Source: Cycas panzhihuaensis (lineage: Eukaryota > Plantae > Cycadophyta). Taken from it: DNA of 64,000 nt. The notes under the pieces were generated by a model that saw nothing but the letters and a program-made list of their open reading frames with translations, was not told the origin of the DNA and searched no databases. Position numbers and translations under genes: made by a program. How positions within the stretch are numbered: the first letter of the stretch is position 1; each line of letters starts with the position of its first letter. Below, piece after piece: positions 52,301 through 64,000 of this stretch. The stretch spans positions 139,383,741 through 139,447,740 of the forward strand of contig CM041465.1 of assembly GCA_023213395.1 (NCBI GenBank), written 5' to 3'.

Positions 52301-54776
52301 AGGATTAATAGGTTAAAGAGATTAAGGGTTAAGGAGGTTAAGGTTATGGGCATTTAATAATAGGGGAAATATATGACTGGTTATCTTAGTAGTAGAATAA
52401 TATAATAATGAGGTGATCCTACTATAAATAATGACACTCCTATATCATGTAAGCTTATGTTGATTAATATAATTCTATTAGGCTACACTTTGGTGTTCTT
52501 TAATTCTCATTTGGTTCTCTTCATATCCATCATCCACTCTATCCAACTCCATCCATTTTCTTGTTATCTTGCACTATTTTTATATGTTAAAGAGGCAATA
52601 AGACCAAGCTTATTATAAACTACCACAAGATAGAATTCACCATACCATAGAGTACGTTTTCCTATAGGATGATGCCCTTTCACCTAAAAAATATAAGCAT
52701 AACCTATTAATATACCATACAATTTATCTTCCATGACATCATCGATAAAATAATTAAGGTATAAGTGGATGATTTATTAAGAGTCTCCCATAATTTAATA
52801 AACTATATCATGAATCTTAGGAGGATCTTCTTGAGGTTTTGTATATACCATATTAGATTGAACCCCTTAAATATATTTTTATCATCAATGTTAGTAAATT
52901 ATTATGGTTTATCATCTCCATGGATGGCATTCAAGTTAATATTAATAAAGTGAAAGCTATTTTAGAAATTCCACCCCCTAAAATATAAATATAGACCAAG
53001 TCTTTCATTGGGAAGTTTGTCTTTCTCCATTACTTTCCAGTAAATTTTACCTTGAATGTCAAACCACTCATGAATCTTCTTAAAAAGGGGGTTCCTTTTG
53101 TTTAGACCCCGAAAGCCTAGGTTTTACTTAATAAAATTAAGTAGGGGCTTATTTTATCCCCTATATTTATAACATCATATTTTAATAAGCAATTTATCCT
53201 TTACTCTTCTTCCACGAAGGAATCCTTTAGAGCCATGCTAGCTTAGAAGGATGACTTAGTTGTTGAAGATGTTATCTATTTTATTAGTCTTGCCTTAATC
53301 ATCATAGAACTCAATTATATTGTAGCGGAAAAAGAGTGTTTGGATTTTGTTTTTACTATAAAGAAGTTATACCACTACTTGCTTGGGAATACAACTGAAG
53401 ATATCATTTTGTTTAACACCTTATAATTCCTCTTAACCAAGTTAGATCTTAGAAGACAGATAGGAAAGTGAGCATTTTTACTCTTAAGAATTTTACCTTC
53501 AAATAGTTAATAAGAAGTTAAATAAATGAGTGGTTATAGTTGAAGAACTTGCCCATATACCTCTCCTTAAAGCAAATCGTACACCAGTTAATGATTTATT
53601 ATATGATAAGACTATTTTGTCTCTTCATATTATTAAGGGTAACATATAGTATGAGTATGTTATTTGATGATTAACTCACAAGGTTTTCTCTAAAGAGGCA
53701 TCTTAAAAATAGAAATAGTGTATCGAGACTATGACATATGAATATTTCCTAATCAATAAAATATTGTATAAAAAATCCTTTAATAGGGTACTCCTATGCT
53801 ACCTAAATCTTGAAGAGGCCTTCATCATTCTATGTAGATTCATGATGGCATTTGTATCAGGTATTTTAGATGGGAGCCTATTGCCCAATAGATTTTTCAT
53901 ATGGAATATTACTATCCAACTCTCTTCAAGGATGCACATGTGTATATTTTTAAGTGTAAAAGATGCATAATTTATACTAATATTATCTTCCAACCATTTG
54001 GATCTCTCTATGCCATTATAACTCAGTTTTTTCTCCTAATAGAGATTAGACTTGATCATGATAGTTACACCTCCATCTTTATTACAACACAAGTTTATCC
54101 TAACTATAATTGAATATTTATCTATAAAAGTAAAGGCAATCGCATTAACCCCTACAACTTATAAACTTGCTACCCATTTTATCTTCTAACATATTGCTTA
54201 TATATTTGGGGTTGTTGATGTCCTAATCACATATAACAAGACCATATTTTGCAACAAGGAGGCAGATAAACTATGTACCAAATTCACATCATTCATAGGG
54301 CATCATCCCCATACTATCTATGGTCTAATCCCTAAATTAAAGTATTAAATAAAATATTGGCTTGTATTTTTATAAAAAATGGTATCCTCATTCTAAAAGG
54401 ACTAGCACATCTATATTTTCCTTACTTTTTAGGCCCATTATACATCCATTCAAACTACTACAAGTATGATATCATTTTTATTTATGTATACCTTAGAGGC
54501 AATACTACCCCTAGAAGTGGAGATTCCCTCTTTAAAGATCTCAATCAAGGAATATACAAATGAAGAGTAGTGCAACCAAGCTTGTCTACTTGAGCTTGAA
54601 GCAATGGAAAAAATATACTTAGTAGTATACTAATGTAATATCACTTTAAAAGCTAAGTCAAAGTTCACTTATGATCAGAGGTTATGCCCTCATTTATTCA
54701 TACTTAAGGAAAAGTCCTCAAATTAGATTATTTACATAATTAGTTACGTAATTTTACTCTTAGATTAGGATGATCT
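49330..54776 (+). mobile_element. Third, heavily decayed Tat-family pol remnant (RT, RH, INT), interrupted at 50037-52617 and truncated at 54776
   Basis: 'RDINNVCPKDNF', 'YNQI', resumes as 'HKIEFTIP*STFSYRMMPF', 'LYSSSTKES', 'YYLLGNTT', 'ILYKKSF', 'LPLEVEIPSL', 'VLKLDYLH'. May extend left to about 47500. Confidence 0.82.
50037..52617 (+). mobile_element. Short non-autonomous LTR element (TR-GAG-like, about 2.6 kb; LTRs 50037-50348 and 52275-52617)
   Basis: Direct repeats of about 310-340 bp; perfect iMet PBS TGGTATCAGAGC at 50351-50362; purine tract at about 52262-52270; decayed TSD AATTG/AACTA; the host RT reads through when the element is removed; no pol motifs inside. Confidence 0.82.
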
Positions 54777-57700
54777 TGACTAGTATTCCTTTAAAATATT
54801 TATCATAAAATAAGAAATGAGAGTATAAATGGGACAGAATAATATTCATTTGATTGTAGTAATGGATTGATTATAGAAATATGAGTTCAAGAGACTAATA
54901 ATAGAAATAAGATCACCAAAATATCACCATAGTATAATAATTACTAAATCTAAATTATATAATAATAATACCTATAACATTTAATGATGCCTCATATAGA
55001 AAAATGAGGCTACTTGGATGAATCCCATTAGCAAGAGTAAGTGGCCCAGCACAAATGTTAAGAGCTAGCACTAACAGTCAAATTCCATAGTCACATATTC
55101 TAGTAGTTAGGTCCCATAGTAAAAGGTAGCTATATAACAAGTCCCCTCCCTTGAAATGTGAAGCTATTAAAGCTAATAAGCTGTGGATGTTGATAGAAAA
55201 ACTCTATGGATCCCATGTTACTTCTTTCAGTTCATAATTGACCCACTATAAAGGTACTTAAAGATGATTTTATTATAAATGTAGTGTTGACATTTGGACA
55301 AGATATAACCATGACAAATAATAGGGACTTGCTCTTCATTAGGCATAGAGAGGAAATTTAGAAGGTGGTGGATTTACCAAGGTGCTTTTTAAGGTAGGAA
55401 ACATGGGAATTTTGGTTTTAGGGAGGAGTTCAAGGGCATATGAAACTTTTGTAATAAACTAGAGGATTTTGTATGGACTATAATAGTGGGGTTTAAGCTT
55501 GTGATTTTTAATTTACTTTTAGAATTGTTGTTTATATGGTTAGAGGCATAAAAATACAAGATCACCTTAAAGGAATGATTAGAGTGGTACTAGTCAGTAA
55601 GTTATTTCATGTGGTTCTTAGTGGTGGATAGGTTCTACTTGGTAGTATGGAGAATTTGGTTCATACCTTGGAGATTTTATTAAATAATAACTATATATTA
55701 GTTGGTAGTAAGGGTGTGGTAGGATGGTAGGGGATAACTATAAAGGGCCATGAATAGGAATATATAAGTAAAAGAATGGTGAGAAGAGTTGTACAAGTAT
55801 TTAGTGAGGATTAACCAAAAGGTTTACTTACTCTAGTGTTTCGAGGTAAAACAATGCAAGTAGGTTTCTAATATTTTATTAAGGACCTATAACTAACCAT
55901 TGGTCTATGAGTGATATGATAAACTCATATCGAAAGAGGTTCTTAACATGCAAATAATTTCTTTCTAAATTAAACATATAAATTTGGGGTCTCTATCCAT
56001 GGAGATAAAAAATTAATTAGATATATATATTAGTAAGTTGTAGGGCCTTATAAGAGATGTCAACTACTAAGAAGTTAGCATATATAGTTAACTTATCAGT
56101 GATAACTAAGATGCAACCAAAATCAATGGTTGATGGAAGGCTAGAGATAAAGTCCATGGTAATGTCCTTCCATTTATTTAAGGGAATATGTAAAAGTTGG
56201 AGGATTGTTAGCTATACAATTATCTTAGGTTTGTTACACTAACACATGCTATATTTTGAGATAAAAGTGAGGATATTATATTTTGTGTATGATTAATATA
56301 AATTAATGTAGACACAATAGTAAATGTTATTAAATCCAAAGTTGCCTCCTAAGGGCATGAAAGGGTACTTAAAAAGGATGTAGGGAATGAAAGAGGGTGT
56401 GGATTGGACAGAGATATAATTCTTATAGAGGATATAATTAGCACATAAGGACTAATCATTTTGAGTATGGACTATTGAGAGTAATCATCATGGGATTGAT
56501 TAGTAGAGGCTAACTTAATTAACCAAGTGGGCTTAGGTTAAGAGATAGTATGGAGGGAAGATTCAAAGGGAAGATGAGAGAGAGTGTTAATAACATTGTT
56601 GCCTTACCCTTATTATAGTGAAGTCAAACACCTAAAGTTGATCAACCCACTTAGCTTGTTCTTATTATATGAATCACTAGTTAAGAAGGTGACAAAGGCT
56701 GTGATGATTAGTAAGAATGATGAACTTGGAACCAAATAGGTATTGGTGCCATTTATCCAAGGCATGTAAAATGACTCTTATCCCTTTTTTATAGGTGGAG
56801 AGTTGAAACTCATGTTCTTTAAGCTTATAACTCTCAAATATAATAAGGTAAAAATTTTACATAAGTACTACAACCAAGATAAAACCAAAGGTACTATATT
56901 TAAGTTGAAATGGTTGAGAGAAATCTACTATGGTCAAGACAAGAGTGGAAGTTATAGTTACTTTAAGAAGGTTAAATGATTTATTTGCAATAGGGGACCA
57001 TTGAAATAAGCCTTTATAAAGTAGAATGGTTAGGGGGGTAGTAAGCGAAATGTAATTTTTATCAAAACATTAGTAGAAGCTAGTAAGTTTAAGGAAAGAT
57101 CATAGCTGGCTAAGGTTTTGGAGGGCCAACTAAGTGACAATAATAAATATTTTGTCCAGGTCAACTTCAACACCCTTAGAGGAAATAATGTGGCCAAGGT
57201 ATCATAGTTTGGATTTCCTAAATTTGCACTCTGAAAGTTGGCATACAATTGTTATTAAGTGGGGATTTGAAGGATGGATTCTAAGTGCTAGAGATATTGG
57301 GCTAAGCAGAAACTATAAATGAGTAAATTATTAAAAATGATAATGGCAAATTTTAGAGATATAATGAAAATATTCTATTCATTAGATCTTGGAATATGGC
57401 AAGTTAATTAAACAGACCAAAAGTTATAGTACATATGGAAAGTAATTTTATGGCAGCCCTCAAGTGTGATGGGGATTTGATAGTACCTAAATTAGAGGTT
57501 AAGTTTAGAGAATACTAAATCACTATGGAGTTTGTCTAATATATCATTCATCCAAGAGGTTAAAAATTTATTTTTTATTATGATTTTATTAAGTTCTTAG
57601 TAATTAAATTATAATAACGTCTAAGGCTAATTAGGTCATGAGGGAATTTAAGTTTGATGGTATAGTAAAAGCCATAATATGGTGGAGGACTAAAAAGAAG

Positions 57701-59040
57701 ATGAGTAAAGATAAACTATTTTTAGTAAAAAATATATTGGATACTAAGGTGGATAATGGGATGGGCTTTAATGTTATTAATATGAACTATGTAACCCATG
57801 CTATTCTTTAATTATTTATGTGTCTAATTAAGGGAGATAAAATTATTAAGGGAGGGGGGTATTGGATACCATAAAGTTTATGTGTTTTCTTAAATTTATG
57901 ATTAAATAAGATAAGGGGGTTAGTAGGAGAGTTGTTTATATTATATGTGCCTAGGGTTTGAATCCACTATACACTCAAGATGGTGTATGATCCTCCTATT
58001 GATAGATCATAGAAATTAAATATTAAATAATAGGTGTTGATTTACATATGTAAATTCTAGATTATCCCTATATAATGAAGAATATGGTATCCTAGTCAAG
58101 AGTAAGTGAATCTAGGCTTAGGGATAATAAATAGGTTGATTTATTTGTGAAGTGATATGTTAATGAAGTTGAGTGATATGCCATTATCAATCAGGATGGT
58201 TATGGTGGTTTTACAAAGGGCACTTTTGACTATAAGGGATTCATGGCATGATGTAGAACAAATAACTTCCAAGGAGGCTTTAAGTTTGGGGTTAAGGAAG
58301 GAATCTGAGGGTGGGTCATCACTTAGCTCATACTTTGAATTTGAGGTTGGCGTCAATTATGAAAACCATACATGTAGTTGTATACACCTTTCCATGAGCA
58401 TAGGACTATTTTTTTAGTACCTAATATAAAGGCCATCATCTCAATGTCTATTCACTTCAACTATAGGAATACATAAGGGATCTGAAGGTTGCTCCAATTC
58501 TACGCATTATGGATCATCCATGTAACAAAGTTGTTGATATGTTAGGTAAGGATATGGGTAGAAGGGAGGGTCTTAATATCTACTATGAATTATACTTTGA
58601 TTATTTTTTCCATGGATATGATCTCTCTAAAAGTGGTCTAGGTAACTACCTTAAGGTGCATTTGAATATAGTTTTTAGTATAGAAACATATATACTAATG
58701 ATAGTTTACTAATCAGGAGTTTGGAATACTTGATTTTGTAGGGCCTAAAACTCCTTGGTGTTTATTTTGACTTATGATATCTACTTAAGGCAGGTGAGAA
58801 TAACCTTATAATGTTGAAAGAGGGGAGTTCTTTTATTGAAGTGAGCTTCATAATTTAGGGTATATACTCTATAATGAGTGTAACTTAGTTGGTACTCCAA
58901 AATAAGTATAAACTAAATCTCCCCCAAGACATGCATTTGGGGCACTACACTCTATAATGACTATAAACTAACAGAGACTTTGCAATGAGTATAAGCTAGC
59001 TAATACTTCATTCATAGTGTAAACCACCATATCAATATTA
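54777..59040 (-). mobile_element. Degenerate chromovirus-type Ty3/gypsy (PR, RT, RH, INT, chromodomain; 3' LTR at about 54777-55139)
   Basis: Protease 'ILIDNGISLNFI' at about 58190, RT and RH remnants at 56600-57800, chromodomain-like 'WVNY..KEVTWDP' at about 55210-55250, minus-strand PPT at 55142-55153. Confidence 0.7.
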
Positions 59041-60544
59041 TTCCCCTAAAATTTAAAAAAATTTAAAAGATGAAACAAATTTGAAACATAAACTCTATGA
59101 TAATTATAAATTAATTGAATACTCTATGATAAGTATAAACTATATATACATGTTATTTACAAAAACTCATATATATCTTTGTGCGTGTGTGTGTAATACC
59201 AAAAGCATGGTCTAAAATGAGGGTAACTTATTTTTAGACACTCCATTAGTTCATTGAATTCTATATATTATCAAGTATATGTGTCCATTTAAATATCAAT
59301 GACTATATAAGACTATTATCATCTAATATAAAGTAGCATAAGCTTCAGTCATATAGCACATACCAATTGCATAGTATCATATAAAATAAATATAACTAAA
59401 TCATGTGTGATAGGTAGATAGATGTTATCATATGAAATAAAAACACATAAGAAAATAAGAATATTAGGCATATGCAAATCAAAGGAGAGCTTAATCAACA
59501 TCTCAGATGTATATACATGTACAAAGAAGATACAAAATTTGTATGCATACAAGTGTCTAGAAAGAACCTATCCTTATATAAGTATATATAAAATAGTCAA
59601 ATAAGATAATTACAACTCACCCAAAACTCACATAATGGGCTTATGTCTCCTTGAAACCCCCCCATACTCTAGTCTCTTATCCTAATCAGAAGTCCCACCA
59701 TCATGTTGTTAGTGACTCTTTTTATGATCTTAATAGGTTGTGGAGGTATAACTAGCACTATCCCAAATCCTCATATCCTCTGAGTGAGTCCTCTTAGTTT
59801 AAGTTTGGGTAGAGAACTTCTAACTAACCATTAACCCCTTTAATAACTAATCTTACTCTTCCACCAACCAATCCCACTTAATTGTTAGATCCTTAATTTA
59901 AATAGATGTAACTTGTAAATGTGATACCTTAACTACCACCTAAACCTCTAGCTATTATAGTCTTGTGATATCCCCTAAATCCAAAGATAACTTTATAACC
60001 CCCTAAGGGGTTTATTGATTCTACATTATCCCTAGATAATCTTATATATCACTCATATTTAGGTGGCCCTCACTAAAGTATAAAAGGCAATAATATAAGG
60101 CAAAGCTATAGTTGAATCCATAGTATCCACCACCAAACACTATCCATCTATATGCATCTCTAACACTAGAGTGAGAATCGCTTATCATACTAATTCAGTA
60201 GTCAATATGTTTGACTCTATTAAGCAAGGAGAAAAGATCAAGATTAACTACTAGTATAACAAAGCAAAATAAATAAATAAGTTAAGTGTTACCTCTTTTA
60301 GGTGTAACAATAAAGAAAATTTTTGAGCTTAACATTAAGGTGATCTCAATAAGACTTACTCTATATATAATGTCTATTTAAGAGTTTTATTACTTAGTAG
60401 ATTTTATGACATTCTTCATGTTTCAATATATAGATCATAAGATTTTTTTTATATGTACATGATATAGTTTATATAATTTTCTATTATATACTCTATTGTA
60501 CTGTAATATAGTAACACACATACACACACACACATACACACACA

Positions 60545-64000
<3,456 letters not shown>

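Noticed and set aside
59050-60500. Possible gene or LTR in the AT-rich spacer
   Set aside because: No supportable ORF, termini or repeat partner in the window.

Overview
Plant-type heterochromatic window made almost entirely of nested LTR retrotransposons, with no recognisable host gene. The background is AT-rich remnants heavily eroded by C>T/G>A changes: Ty1/copia, chromovirus-type Ty3/gypsy, a solo LTR, two short non-autonomous LTR elements and long (TA)n tracts. Inserted into it is one young, GC-rich, structurally complete 16.5-kb Ty3/gypsy element of the Tat group (17388-33935; LTRs of 2575 and 2566 bp, TSD GAATA, PBS and PPT). Its single gag-pol frame has an RNase H lacking the catalytic Asp residues and runs straight into integrase. 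The 3' region carries a separate two-gene cassette arranged head-to-head around a palindromic TATA box: an antisense three-exon plant-mobile-domain (PMD) plus coiled-coil gene, and a sense stand-alone archaeal/bacterial-type RNase HI ORF. A much older copy of the same family (minus strand, about 3.1-10.5 kb plus 35.4-43.4 kb, split by a large insertion) keeps the PMD promoter, the 8-codon first exon and both intron positions, which supports the gene model from within the window. All calls were made by eye from motifs and internal alignments; no database searches were run.
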